Virus record (IMG/VR): IMGVR_UViG_3300030060_007200
Reading direction: 5' to 3' (one strand)
DNA length: 64,000 nt
From: a virus
The notes under the pieces are model-generated. The model was not told the DNA's origin. It made no database searches and saw only the letters and a program-made list of their open reading frames with translations. Position 1 is the first letter of the stretch. Each line of letters opens with the position of its first letter. Positions 38,224 through 47,916 of the stretch are shown here, piece after piece. The position numbers and the translations under genes are program-made.

Positions 38224-38475
38224 TTAACAATTTTTTCTAACAATATTGTAATTCCATAATTCACCACAATCTTCATCTTCATCTACAAGATTTAGCTGCA
38301 AACAAAGGTGATTAGGTAAAATTTCATTGACCTTTACTACATCAGAGTCTGATAATTTTTGCCAATATCCGAATCTTAGTGTAAGTCCAGAATTATTACA
38401 ACCAACCTGTATGTCATTACAGTCGAAGCGGTCTAGCTTGATTGTTGAAAGTGTTTGAATGTTTATTCTATCCAT
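38224..38475 (-). CDS. Hypothetical protein
   Basis: Intact ORF with its own promoter. Confidence 0.65.
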   Translation of the reverse strand: MDRINIQTLSTIKLDRFDCNDIQVGCNNSGLTLRFGYWQKLSDSDVVKVNEILPNHLCLQLNLVDEDEDCGELWNYNIVRKNC

Positions 38476-38491
38476 AGTTAATTTGTTTGAT

Positions 38492-38538
38492 TTATACTAT
38501 AAATCTACGCAATTTTTCCGACATAAAAAAATATTTTA
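38492..38538 (-). promoter_or_regulatory. Early-type promoter
   Basis: TCGGAAAAATTGCGTAGATTTATAGTATA, identical to the core at 38156. Confidence 0.78.
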
Positions 38539-38707
38539 GCAACTTTTTTTGTAAAATATGCTAATTTATATTCAGTCTAAATAAGCTTGAGGAAAGCTTT
38601 CTTTTTGTGCGTAAATATCATCTACATCTTCAACAGTATATGAAGTAGCATAAATATATTCATATATTATTTCCACCTCTTCATTCAATGTAGTTGTTGT
38701 TACCCAA

Positions 38708-38902
38708 TCAATCATATTTATTCTCCACTGTTTTTCTTTTTAATGCGCATTTTTCCATAAGTTTTTTAGTTAATTCGTCACAGCCTTGCCATTTGCCAAA
38801 TAGTACTCTAAAATTATGTATGAAATTATACGCACCTATTATATGCGAGCTGTTATTACAGCTGTATATAACTCTTAGTGCTTTTGTGTATGCTTTTTTC
38901 AT
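38708..38902 (-). CDS. Small hypothetical protein
   Basis: Start moved to MKKAYTKA at 38902, just after a promoter motif at 38903-38940. Confidence 0.55.
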   Translation of the reverse strand: MKKAYTKALRVIYSCNNSSHIIGAYNFIHNFRVLFGKWQGCDELTKKLMEKCALKRKTVENKYD

Positions 38903-38939
38903 AATACTAATATAACAAAATTTTCCGATATAAAAAAAT

Positions 38940-41900
38940 TTATTGAGGTCTATTTGAAAAACTTGTAAACTGTTGTTCGTTTTTATAAGCACCGCCTGAA
39001 CCTGTATAATGTCCCATTACAGCAGAAGCTCTACCTTGAGGACTTCTACTTTCTAATTTATATTGGTCGAATGTCCAGCAATTTAGTCCAATAAATCCTA
39101 CGTACAATCCGTTTTCTAACATCAACATTCCATCTGTCAATACACTACCTGAATGGTTAGGTCCCCAATAATTTTTAGGATAGTCTGTTCGAACTTGATA
39201 TGCGAAAGGTGTAAACTGTCCTTCTTGTTCTCCACATAAACCATTTTGTAATAAAAATTGAGCATTTGCCTGATTTGGTCCATATTCTGCCAAATGGTCA
39301 GGTGCGTGTGAAGGACTTACAACTCTTCTCTTTATACTTTTAAGTCGAACATATCCACTAGTTTTGGTAGTTCCTGGTATTATATCAGCACATTTAATAA
39401 ATCCAATTGAGTTGTTATTGGTATATGTTGAAACACTTGCACTAACATATCCAAGATGTCCTAATACTGGTGCAGAACCTGTAAAGTGATATAATTCATG
39501 AACAGATACAGCTCTTAAATCTTTTGGCCAATCTGCAGAGTCTGGAATAAGTGGATGTATTGGTGTTCCTTCACTTGGAAATAAAGGATTGTATATATAT
39601 AAATTTAGACCTCCAAGAGCTGAGAATTTATATCCATCTGTAAATTCTAAATCAAATACCTCATCATTTCTTACAGTTTTTAATGCTCTCCATGCAAATA
39701 TTTCATTACACGTACATGTTGGCCGCTTTGAATAGTATTGCTGGTTATCTGCAAACGTTACCCATCTTCCATAATGCTGTAAAGTTACCTCAACACCTCC
39801 ACCACCTGAACCAAGAGTTGTTCCAAAATTACTCCAGAAATGTCCAGCAACTGAATTGTCATCATTGAAGTCATGTATAACACCCATATCAAGGATGTTT
39901 GCACCCATTGGAGTACCTCCATTTATCATATTTTGTCTATTGTGGCCTCCATACATACTATTATTATGAGTCTGAGTTTGATAGCAACTTTCTCCACTTG
40001 CCAATGCTCTTGCACGAACAACAGAAGCAGTATACATAAATCGATATATATTTTGCTCTGAAGCTGAATCTAATAATTGATATTTTTGTAACATCTGTGA
40101 ATCAAAAAACCCTGAATTCAATGGGTCGTTTTTCTCTACAGGTAATATTCTTTTAATTGAAGGGAAATATCCTAATGAATAAGGTACAGTATTATTTCCT
40201 GTATATGTTCCAAATGGGTCTGACGATATAAATGATGCTGTTGCAGCCGAACCTACAAGATATACAAATAAACTTGAAGGATTACCTATTACTGCATCGT
40301 TTGCGCCATCTCCATTTGTATCGATTGTATTTGTATCAGGGTCTGTTTTTGTAAAATACCAAGCAACACCTGGAAATGTTGGAGGGCCGCCAAATGGAAA
40401 CTTCCCTGCATTAAACGTTCCATTGTATTTATAATATGAAGGTCCTGTTTGTGCTCCCCATTCAGATATTGAATATGTCTGATTACTAAAGATTGTAACT
40501 GAAAAAGGTTTTGGTGTTCTTCTTGTGTGCTTAGGCATATTTATTTCCCAGCGCAATCCTATATGTTCCGGACCAGTTGTATGCCTGCTACTTCCTGTTG
40601 TAAAATGATTCATCTCAACAAACATGGATTCATCATGAAGAGGCCTTCCGTTATCAGAACTAGAAGTATAAAATGCACCAAAGTTAGGTGAATTTGGGTC
40701 TTGATTTCTAGCCCAAGCTGGTTTCATTATTGCATACGCTATTTCACCACCCTGTCTAGGAAAAGACCATAATTCAGAATGTAATTGTGATTTCATATCG
40801 TGCGTACCTTGAAATAAATAAGATGCAGTTACGCCTGTATCTGCTATTTGCTTCCATAAATCCCAAGAAAACCTTATAGCTCTTGGATTATTAACATAGA
40901 ATCCATTTACTGATTGTGAAAATCCACTGTTTATTAAATAAGCTGTTGTTGTTCCATCTGGATTGTCAAAGTCTGCACTAAATGTTGTATATCCTCTTGC
41001 ACCTGGTATAACTACACTTCCTGTTCTAAACATTCCTTTTAATGGTTGAGTAGAATGAGAATAAGGACGATAATGGTTAGGACTATAATCATATCCAGCA
41101 AATTCATCAGGATATTGAGTTCCTTGAGGATGGGTAATATCTACAGGAGGCTGTCCATCACCTGGTCTAGGTCCTTCATACCAAGCAAGTACTGTATTCT
41201 GTTGATTATGTATTCTTGAGCCAGAACAAAAAGAGCTAGTATATATTAACACATCATTAGCTCCAACTGACCAAGAATAAGGAGCTCTCATATATGCAGC
41301 TTTGCCTAATAGTCCATGATATCCATAATAATTACCTCCACCTGAAGCAGACATATGAGGTGTTGGGTCCCAATGTTGAGCTGCTACTGCTTGATTAGCT
41401 CGTGAATGGTCCATAGTTCCCCAAAACTGGCCATAAAAATTAAGAGCTAGTGCTAATGATTCTGCCTTTGACCTTGTCCCTTCAGGCATCCAATCACCAT
41501 TAACTTTAGTTGTGACCGTTGATGCTGTACTAAAATACATAGGTAAAAAGAATTCACCGCCAACATAATTTCCACTAACATTTCTTTTTACAATACTACC
41601 AAACGACTCCCAATCATCTATATACCATAGGTCCTTAAATAATTGTTTTCTATTCAAGTCCATAGTACTACCGACATCCATACCATATACAATATCACCT
41701 GAAGAATGTGTATACAGACCTGCGTGATATTGAACTCCATTTGAAACACCAGATGCAGATGACATAGAAATATAAAATGCTATATTGTTACCACCAACAC
41801 TTTGAAAAAGAGTTTCTAATTGAGTGCTCGCCTCATAAAAATAATTATCAACCTGTCTACCAGCAGGTAAATACGTAGGCCAGTTTTTCCACCAAGCACT

Positions 41901-42878
41901 AACAAATGTCATATTACCAACTGTTACTCCTCCTGGATGATGTTTTAATACTGAACCTGAAGGTTCAAGAGAGTATATCGAATTAGGATATTGAGCATTA
42001 TTTTCTAGTGTATTTATATTTCTTTCAAACTCAAAATGTTGTGATGCTGTAGTTTGGTAATTATTGTGAGGCCAATGCCATCCAATATCACCTGCGTTAT
42101 ATGGTCCATATCCACTACCTGTAGTCCATGCAGACATTGTAACTTTAACACCTGTTTTCATTACGTGTGTTGGTGTACCGTTAATATAAACCATATAATC
42201 ATTTGTCAATACTTTACCTTTGTCATAAGGATATTGATATAATGCTGATGCTGTTCCTGATGAACCAAGACTTGAGGAATATCTATCATTTTTTATATGA
42301 CTTAATACTCTATTTCCATAAGATGTAATTCGACTTGAACTTCTAAAAAATTCAAATATATCGTAGTTATGGTTTGAAGGATATGTTTTGCTATAATGCT
42401 TTGCGTGCTTAAAACCATTCAACCAATCTGTTCTTATACTTCCTGATACTTCTTTACAACCACAGTCATCATCGTGAAAATCTTCTGTTGTAAAATCAGG
42501 TGGTTGCAATCCAGCAGGTATATATGGTGTATTGTTACCTGCCAAACTCGCTACTGTTCCATAACTAGCAGACCCCATATTTTGATACGTTGCCACAAAT
42601 GAAGAGCTCATATTTTGCTCAATATCAAAGTTTATAGGTTGACCTATACCATGACTTAATCTATCAAAATTTGTAAGAAATGGGTCACCGTGACCTCTTA
42701 TCCAGAAATTAGTATTACCCATTAACGCTGCTTTCAAATGATATGCAACATTTCCAGGATATTGATATGTACCATTATCACTATAAACAAGTTGCTGATG
42801 AAGGTCTATATTAGACCAGAACAATAATTCTTCTGGAATTTGAGGATTCGCATTACCTGCAGGTAAAAATGTTGCCAT
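38940..42878 (-). CDS. Large G/S/T/aromatic-rich virion-like protein; C-terminal region paralogous to 42878..43579
   Basis: 1312 aa with about 26 [ST][GASQ]S motifs; shared blocks YFPSIK, KRPTCTC, FTDGY and MLENGLY. Confidence 0.6.
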   Translation of the reverse strand: MATFLPAGNANPQIPEELLFWSNIDLHQQLVYSDNGTYQYPGNVAYHLKAALMGNTNFWIRGHGDPFLTNFDRLSHGIGQPINFDIEQNMSSSFVATYQNMGSASYGTVASLAGNNTPYIPAGLQPPDFTTEDFHDDDCGCKEVSGSIRTDWLNGFKHAKHYSKTYPSNHNYDIFEFFRSSSRITSYGNRVLSHIKNDRYSSSLGSSGTASALYQYPYDKGKVLTNDYMVYINGTPTHVMKTGVKVTMSAWTTGSGYGPYNAGDIGWHWPHNNYQTTASQHFEFERNINTLENNAQYPNSIYSLEPSGSVLKHHPGGVTVGNMTFVSAWWKNWPTYLPAGRQVDNYFYEASTQLETLFQSVGGNNIAFYISMSSASGVSNGVQYHAGLYTHSSGDIVYGMDVGSTMDLNRKQLFKDLWYIDDWESFGSIVKRNVSGNYVGGEFFLPMYFSTASTVTTKVNGDWMPEGTRSKAESLALALNFYGQFWGTMDHSRANQAVAAQHWDPTPHMSASGGGNYYGYHGLLGKAAYMRAPYSWSVGANDVLIYTSSFCSGSRIHNQQNTVLAWYEGPRPGDGQPPVDITHPQGTQYPDEFAGYDYSPNHYRPYSHSTQPLKGMFRTGSVVIPGARGYTTFSADFDNPDGTTTAYLINSGFSQSVNGFYVNNPRAIRFSWDLWKQIADTGVTASYLFQGTHDMKSQLHSELWSFPRQGGEIAYAIMKPAWARNQDPNSPNFGAFYTSSSDNGRPLHDESMFVEMNHFTTGSSRHTTGPEHIGLRWEINMPKHTRRTPKPFSVTIFSNQTYSISEWGAQTGPSYYKYNGTFNAGKFPFGGPPTFPGVAWYFTKTDPDTNTIDTNGDGANDAVIGNPSSLFVYLVGSAATASFISSDPFGTYTGNNTVPYSLGYFPSIKRILPVEKNDPLNSGFFDSQMLQKYQLLDSASEQNIYRFMYTASVVRARALASGESCYQTQTHNNSMYGGHNRQNMINGGTPMGANILDMGVIHDFNDDNSVAGHFWSNFGTTLGSGGGGVEVTLQHYGRWVTFADNQQYYSKRPTCTCNEIFAWRALKTVRNDEVFDLEFTDGYKFSALGGLNLYIYNPLFPSEGTPIHPLIPDSADWPKDLRAVSVHELYHFTGSAPVLGHLGYVSASVSTYTNNNSIGFIKCADIIPGTTKTSGYVRLKSIKRRVVSPSHAPDHLAEYGPNQANAQFLLQNGLCGEQEGQFTPFAYQVRTDYPKNYWGPNHSGSVLTDGMLMLENGLYVGFIGLNCWTFDQYKLESRSPQGRASAVMGHYTGSGGAYKNEQQFTSFSNRPQ

Positions 42879-43579
42879 TAGTATGAACCTCCTGTTGGTG
42901 TGTGAAATATATATACACCATTTTCTAACATCATTGATGCTCTAATAACACTGTTTGAAAAAATATCTTGAGGATAAGTTGTTTCAGGAAAACCTGCCAT
43001 CATTCCAGTACCTGAATTTATTGTAAAGTCTGCAACGCTTTCTACCTTAATACAGCCTGATGAAACATCTTGTGTTTTGCCATAAGATTGACATGCAACA
43101 ACATATTCTCCTGCAGTAGGATTATCGAATTGAAGTCCAGTATTTTTTACTACTAACATTTTATTTCCTAGACCTAATGTTATTGCATAGCCATCTGCAA
43201 ATGTATATGTATCAACAAGAGTTGTGTTTGTTGAGCCTTGATAATTTGTTACAACAAATTTATCTAAACTAGTACATTCACAATTAGGTCTCTTAACCTG
43301 CACTCCTGTATTAACAGTTGCTGTAGCATTCGCAGAAGGATTTGCAACACCTGCTTGTGCTTGTAGTTGAGCAAATGTTGTTAATACACCTTCATGAGTA
43401 GCTCTAAAAGGTTTAATCGTAGGAAAATAAGAATATATCTGTCCATTTGCAGTACCTGGTCCATAGGTAAAAGCAGCACTTGCAGCTCGTGTCACAAGAA
43501 GTTGTGAATTGTTAACAGGTGATTGACATCCTCCTCCTACTGGTGGTGGTCCTAATTGTGTCGAAGCTCTTAACGCCAT
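42878..43579 (-). CDS. Hypothetical protein, possible degenerate Hint fold
   Basis: GGGC..SQLLV, YTFADGY, IKVESV and MMLENGVYIFH. Confidence 0.5.
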   Translation of the reverse strand: MALRASTQLGPPPVGGGCQSPVNNSQLLVTRAASAAFTYGPGTANGQIYSYFPTIKPFRATHEGVLTTFAQLQAQAGVANPSANATATVNTGVQVKRPNCECTSLDKFVVTNYQGSTNTTLVDTYTFADGYAITLGLGNKMLVVKNTGLQFDNPTAGEYVVACQSYGKTQDVSSGCIKVESVADFTINSGTGMMAGFPETTYPQDIFSNSVIRASMMLENGVYIFHTPTGGSY

Positions 43580-43681
43580 ATTTCATCTTCTAAATCTGTC
43601 TTTACTATTCTTGCTTTTAATTTTTGACCTGTTTCGCTTACCAAATATATAATATATTCAGTGTCGTTTAATTTTTTAATT

Positions 43682-43948
43682 TCAACTGTCATTTCTTTTT
43701 CTCCAATAACCTTGAGGACATTCCTCTACTTTTAATCTTGCTTTAACTTTTATATAACAACCACAATCCATACATCTTATTTGTGCTGCATTAAAAAAAG
43801 GACACGCATAACAAATTGATTTTCTTTCTTCATATTCAGTCTGTGAAACGTTTTTGAATCCTGATTTTATATTTAACCACATTGACTTAAAAAATCCTTT
43901 TGCCTGCCTAAGGAATTTTCGTCTTTTATACCTATTGCAACATGCCAT
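43682..43948 (-). CDS. Small Cys-rich zinc-binding protein (DUF6171-like)
   Basis: ERKSICYACP..RCMDCGCYIKVKA..CPQGYW. Confidence 0.75.
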   Translation of the reverse strand: MACCNRYKRRKFLRQAKGFFKSMWLNIKSGFKNVSQTEYEERKSICYACPFFNAAQIRCMDCGCYIKVKARLKVEECPQGYWRKRNDS

Positions 43949-43951
43949 AAC

Positions 43952-44809
43952 CTATTCTCCTTTTGAATTTTTTACATATTCTACTTTTATCTTTATTTTT
44001 GGCTCGTAACTATCAGGTGTTCTATCATCGATACCAAAATATTCTGATTTATCTTTATCCATTCTTAATGTAAATTCTAAATCTGTCACATTCATCATTA
44101 GCTGGCCTGTGGTAGAAAGAATATCTTTTTCTGTAGGTCCTTTGACCATATCTACATTTCTATATGGATTGTTTCTCATATTCTTTGCATGATATGCAGA
44201 CAAGCCATTTAATACATCGCTAGGTGTTTTTACCTTTGAAAGCATATCTTGTGCGTATTTCCATCTTAATTCTGATGATTTTTTATTAAGTCCTGAGGTA
44301 TATCCAGAATCATCATAATCATATCCGTGATTTGTTCTCACATGATTATGACCTCTATTTAATTTTTTAATAACTGGCTCGTGTTCAGATGTCATTTCTA
44401 TTGAATATGTATGTTTTGGTGTCGCTACAAATGTATGTCCTTTAACACCAACATCTCTTTTGTCGTCACCTTTGAAATTAACTATTGATAATATTGATTC
44501 AGACGCTTTTCTAAACATAAGAGCTCGTCTTATTTTTTTACCGTCTTCTGATGGCTTGCCTTTTTTCTTTGCTAACTTCTTTTCTTTTTCATCTGCATTT
44601 ACCATAAGAGCAGAATTGATAACAGCAGTACCATAATTATTCATACCTTCTGACCAATCAGTATCTTCGTCAACAATATAAACCATTTCTACATCATTGA
44701 TTAGCTCTCTTACAACTTTAACTCTTGCTGTATAAGAACGGTCTCTATTTTTTGCTAAAATAATTTTATTATTAACAACAGTATGTGCTATTGTACATTC
44801 GTTTATCAT
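43952..44809 (-). CDS. Ntn hydrolase (Cys nucleophile; C45/C59/TANGO2-like) with MINE leader
   Basis: MINE|CTIA..LAKNRDR..EGMNNYG..VRTNH; AAGGAG RBS before the ATG at 44809. Confidence 0.82.
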   Translation of the reverse strand: MINECTIAHTVVNNKIILAKNRDRSYTARVKVVRELINDVEMVYIVDEDTDWSEGMNNYGTAVINSALMVNADEKEKKLAKKKGKPSEDGKKIRRALMFRKASESILSIVNFKGDDKRDVGVKGHTFVATPKHTYSIEMTSEHEPVIKKLNRGHNHVRTNHGYDYDDSGYTSGLNKKSSELRWKYAQDMLSKVKTPSDVLNGLSAYHAKNMRNNPYRNVDMVKGPTEKDILSTTGQLMMNVTDLEFTLRMDKDKSEYFGIDDRTPDSYEPKIKIKVEYVKNSKGE

Positions 44810-44840
44810 TTGCTCTCCTTTATATATAAATATCAAACTA

Positions 44841-45368
44841 CTATTTAACCAGTGAAGTTACAATAGTTGTTTCAGGGTATTTCTTTTTAAGAGCGTCGAC
44901 TGCCTTTATATTTTTAGGTGAATCGTCCATAAAATATATTGGGTCATAACCTTTTTGAATTTCTTTTTCTATATAATCTGCTTTTTTCTGTGGGTCTCCA
45001 CTACCTAATGTAATTACATAAGGCTGAATTCCTATTGATTTGAAGAAAGAGTTAATTGGTGCGCCAAGTCTTCTCGCTGTAAGTATCGTTACTTTTCTAC
45101 CACCTTTCTTTAATTGTTTTTTCAATAAATCTGCATTCTTTTTTATTAACCTGGGATTTCTTATTGGCCTATCAAAATCTCTAAAATCATATGACTGTCC
45201 TTTTTTAAGACCTTTATGCACAGCAAACTGTGCCGCATCCAATGTATCTACAACACTTCCTTCATCGTCAACAACATATACCCATGAATCTGATTTTACT
45301 AATGTATCATCAAAATCAAAAATGCTTAACATTCTTTTTTCTAATAACAGGTCTTTTAATTTAATCAT
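44841..45368 (-). CDS. HAD-superfamily phosphatase (Swiss-Army-knife RNA-repair type) with MIKLKDLLLE leader
   Basis: IFDFDDTL, ILTAR, K and FMDDSPKN. Confidence 0.8.
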   Translation of the reverse strand: MIKLKDLLLEKRMLSIFDFDDTLVKSDSWVYVVDDEGSVVDTLDAAQFAVHKGLKKGQSYDFRDFDRPIRNPRLIKKNADLLKKQLKKGGRKVTILTARRLGAPINSFFKSIGIQPYVITLGSGDPQKKADYIEKEIQKGYDPIYFMDDSPKNIKAVDALKKKYPETTIVTSLVK

Positions 45369-45847
45369 AGATACTTTTTCCAATTCTTTTCAGCATTTCT
45401 AGCTTGTTTTTCCATAGGATTATTTGTATATCCTTTTTCTCTACCTTGCTTTATTTTCTTTGGGTCTTGTGTTGCGTGTGTATATTCATGAAGCATAGCA
45501 CGTATTACATCTTCCTCAGAATTAAGAGCAGCCTTATATAAATATATAGTATTGTCTTCATGTACAAATTCAGCATGCTCGTTTTCACCGCCTGGATAAT
45601 CATCAATTCCACTGTATCTTGCATAAACATTGCTGTGTATTTCGATTTTAGGTGTACCTTTTCTTGCTCTACCTAAATTTTTAACAACCTGAGGATATAT
45701 TCTATTAACGATTTTTAATATATCGTTTTTTGACATTCCTTCTGATAGTATTTCTTTTAATTTTATCATTTTATACGGACAGTTTTTACAACCACAGTTA
45801 CAACAGAATCCTCGATTTAATAAAAATTCTCTTGATAGAGGCTTCAT
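45365..45847 (-). CDS. Zincin-like HExxH protein; N-terminal DUF5522-like Cys cluster and internal MIKLKEILSE leader
   Basis: RGFCCNCGCKNCPY, LHEYTHATQ and NPMEKQA. Confidence 0.72.
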   Translation of the reverse strand: MKPLSREFLLNRGFCCNCGCKNCPYKMIKLKEILSEGMSKNDILKIVNRIYPQVVKNLGRARKGTPKIEIHSNVYARYSGIDDYPGGENEHAEFVHEDNTIYLYKAALNSEEDVIRAMLHEYTHATQDPKKIKQGREKGYTNNPMEKQARNAEKNWKKYL

Positions 45848-46036
45848 TTATTCCCATTTTCTTTCGTATTTTTCTCGTTGGTCAACAAGAACATATTCGA
45901 CAATATCATTTTTGCCACAGTGAGGACAGTTTAATCTTTCTAAATTAGTTGCCTCGTTTATCTTCCACTCACCTTTACACGTTTTGTCACTGCACTTATA
46001 GATATATGTGTGTCGTATAAATACTTTGTGTCCCAT
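45848..46036 (-). CDS. Small zinc-ribbon protein
   Basis: YKCSDKTCKGEW..LNCPHCG; start moved to 46036 to avoid overlap. Confidence 0.65.
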   Translation of the reverse strand: MGHKVFIRHTYIYKCSDKTCKGEWKINEATNLERLNCPHCGKNDIVEYVLVDQREKYERKWE

Positions 46037-46040
46037 TTTA

Positions 46041-46604
46041 CTACCATTTTCTACATGACCAGTAACGAGCTTTCGTTTTAGGTCCAGGATTATCACAGTT
46101 GTGTCTTGCTCTAAATGATTTACGTCTTTCAGGATTGTTCTTTTTGATTCTGTTCTCTGCACCTTTTGCACCAAAACTAACTTTCTTTACCTTGTCTCCA
46201 TCTTTAACGTATACCTTAAATTTACTATTACCATCACCTTGCATAGGTTTGTTGAGTTTAACTTTACGACCTTGATATTCAGCTTCTGAGATGCGTTTAA
46301 CAGCTTCAACTAACCATTCTGTAAAGCAACCGATGTCTTCCTTTTTAACAAAAAGTTCATTTTCTGTAATATTATTTATTACCTCATCTAGCTTTCCTTC
46401 GAAAAAATACATATCTCTTTGCATCCAACCATCAAGGTTTTCCCATTTACCATCAACCAAATCGTAATCAATATCATCTGGGTCTTTTACTACAGAAAGC
46501 ATTGCCTGCTCTCTTTCGTCTTCGCTGGCTTTTTTCCACCATTTTTTGGTAACTTTTACACCTTTACCAACTCTTCGTTCATTAAGAATTTGTTTTAGCT
46601 TCAT
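46041..46604 (-). CDS. Putative head-internal protein with MKLKQILNE leader
   Basis: C-terminal basic domain KKVSFG..RRKSFRARHNC..KARYWSCRKW; several x-x-E sites. Confidence 0.7.
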   Translation of the reverse strand: MKLKQILNERRVGKGVKVTKKWWKKASEDEREQAMLSVVKDPDDIDYDLVDGKWENLDGWMQRDMYFFEGKLDEVINNITENELFVKKEDIGCFTEWLVEAVKRISEAEYQGRKVKLNKPMQGDGNSKFKVYVKDGDKVKKVSFGAKGAENRIKKNNPERRKSFRARHNCDNPGPKTKARYWSCRKW

Positions 46605-47577
46605 AATATCTCCATAATTCTTTTCCTAGTTTTTTACCAAATAAAGAATCTGATAAAAAATGTTGTTTTGCAATATTTCTACTATATGATATTTCCTCTG
46701 CAATTTTCAAAAAACGCATTTTATGCTCAGGATAAATATCACCTAACACATAAGCTAATAAATAACCTTGCGCTGAATGACCACTTGGATATGATGGTGT
46801 CATTGCACTATCGAGAGGTTGGTCATGAAATTTAAGACCATACGATTTAGCAACTTGTACAGGTCTAGGTCTATTGTAATGATATTTCAATGATTTAATT
46901 ATCCATCTTGTTTGTTTCATAACATTTTTCATTAAGTCATAAGAAACATTTATATTTAAGTCTTGAGTTCTTTCAATGAAATATTTTTTTATTTTGTCTG
47001 CCTTTAATACAAATTCAGGATTAGGTTTTAATTTATCGATTTGCATTAACTCTTTTCTTGTTTCTATTGAATCGTTAGGTGGAAATGGAAGATTGTGAAA
47101 GTTACTGATAGGAAATTCTTTCCATGCACCTTTTTTATCTGACATGTGACTGATGGCCTTTTCATCAGGTTCGCCAAATTTTATGTCATTTCTTCCTTCA
47201 GTTACCTTATCAGGAAGCTCCTCATAATCTTTCTTAGTCATTTTACTATCCATTTTCTTTGCAGCTTTTGGGTCTGTCGCAAACATAAATCTTTGTTGTG
47301 CCTTGCTAGCAAATTTTTCAAAAAGAAATGAATGTACACCACCTCCTGTACCAATACTAGACCATTTGTCATGTTTTATTTTTATTGAAGGATATAATTT
47401 TTTTATTGATTTAATTACATCCTTTGGATTTACCTTATATCCATAAAACACACTCATACCATTTTTATTCAGTTTCGTAACTTTAGGTCTTGTTCTTCCT
47501 GAATAATCAATAGATAATTGATATGAAATATCTTTTTTATTTATCTTTTCAAATAATATGTTTTGTAATTTAATCAT
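46582..47577 (-). CDS. PAP2/vanadium-haloperoxidase-family phosphatase with MIKLQNILFE leader
   Basis: KYHYNRPRP, PSYPSGHS and SR..A..HF.SD. Confidence 0.85.
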   Translation of the reverse strand: MIKLQNILFEKINKKDISYQLSIDYSGRTRPKVTKLNKNGMSVFYGYKVNPKDVIKSIKKLYPSIKIKHDKWSSIGTGGGVHSFLFEKFASKAQQRFMFATDPKAAKKMDSKMTKKDYEELPDKVTEGRNDIKFGEPDEKAISHMSDKKGAWKEFPISNFHNLPFPPNDSIETRKELMQIDKLKPNPEFVLKADKIKKYFIERTQDLNINVSYDLMKNVMKQTRWIIKSLKYHYNRPRPVQVAKSYGLKFHDQPLDSAMTPSYPSGHSAQGYLLAYVLGDIYPEHKMRFLKIAEEISYSRNIAKQHFLSDSLFGKKLGKELWRYYEAKTNS

Positions 47578-47915
47578 CGGTTTAAGTATTGTCGCCATTT
47601 ACTATAATCAGGTGCCATATTAGTTCCACCAACATTAACATTAGCTTTTAATTTATCTTGAGCATCTAAGTAAGTTGTACGTCCACTTGTGATTTGAAAA
47701 GCAAATTTCTTTTTAAGGTTAACAGCAAATAGACCACCAGGCAGACCAATTAAGAATGTACCTTTAGGAACTTTGGCATAACTTTTACCAGCCATTTGTG
47801 TTCCTACACCAGGAATACCACCAGCTGGACGAGTATTATATTTTACCATTGCATCTTTTAATATGATAGCTTGGAAGTTAATTCCTTCTCTTAATATGTC
47901 TTTTAATCTTGCCAT
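47574..47915 (-). CDS. Hypothetical protein with MARLKDILRE leader
   Basis: Leader motif; intact ORF. Confidence 0.65.
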   Translation of the reverse strand: MARLKDILREGINFQAIILKDAMVKYNTRPAGGIPGVGTQMAGKSYAKVPKGTFLIGLPGGLFAVNLKKKFAFQITSGRTTYLDAQDKLKANVNVGGTNMAPDYSKWRQYLNR

Positions 47916-47916
47916 T

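Noticed and set aside
27523-38540. Repeated intergenic sequences as mobile-element ends
   Set aside because: They are co-oriented and sit directly upstream of starts, and no transposase or integrase is present; promoters explain them better.
42878-43579. Canonical splicing intein
   Set aside because: It lacks TxxH and the His-Asn/Cys-Ser-Thr junction and does not interrupt a recognisable host protein.
46037-46174. N-terminal extension of ORF 45848..46174, and similar extensions on the ORFs starting at 16905, 44836, 55391, 58987 and 60074
   Set aside because: They overlap upstream genes or promoters; downstream ATGs with an RBS or coupled stop fit better.
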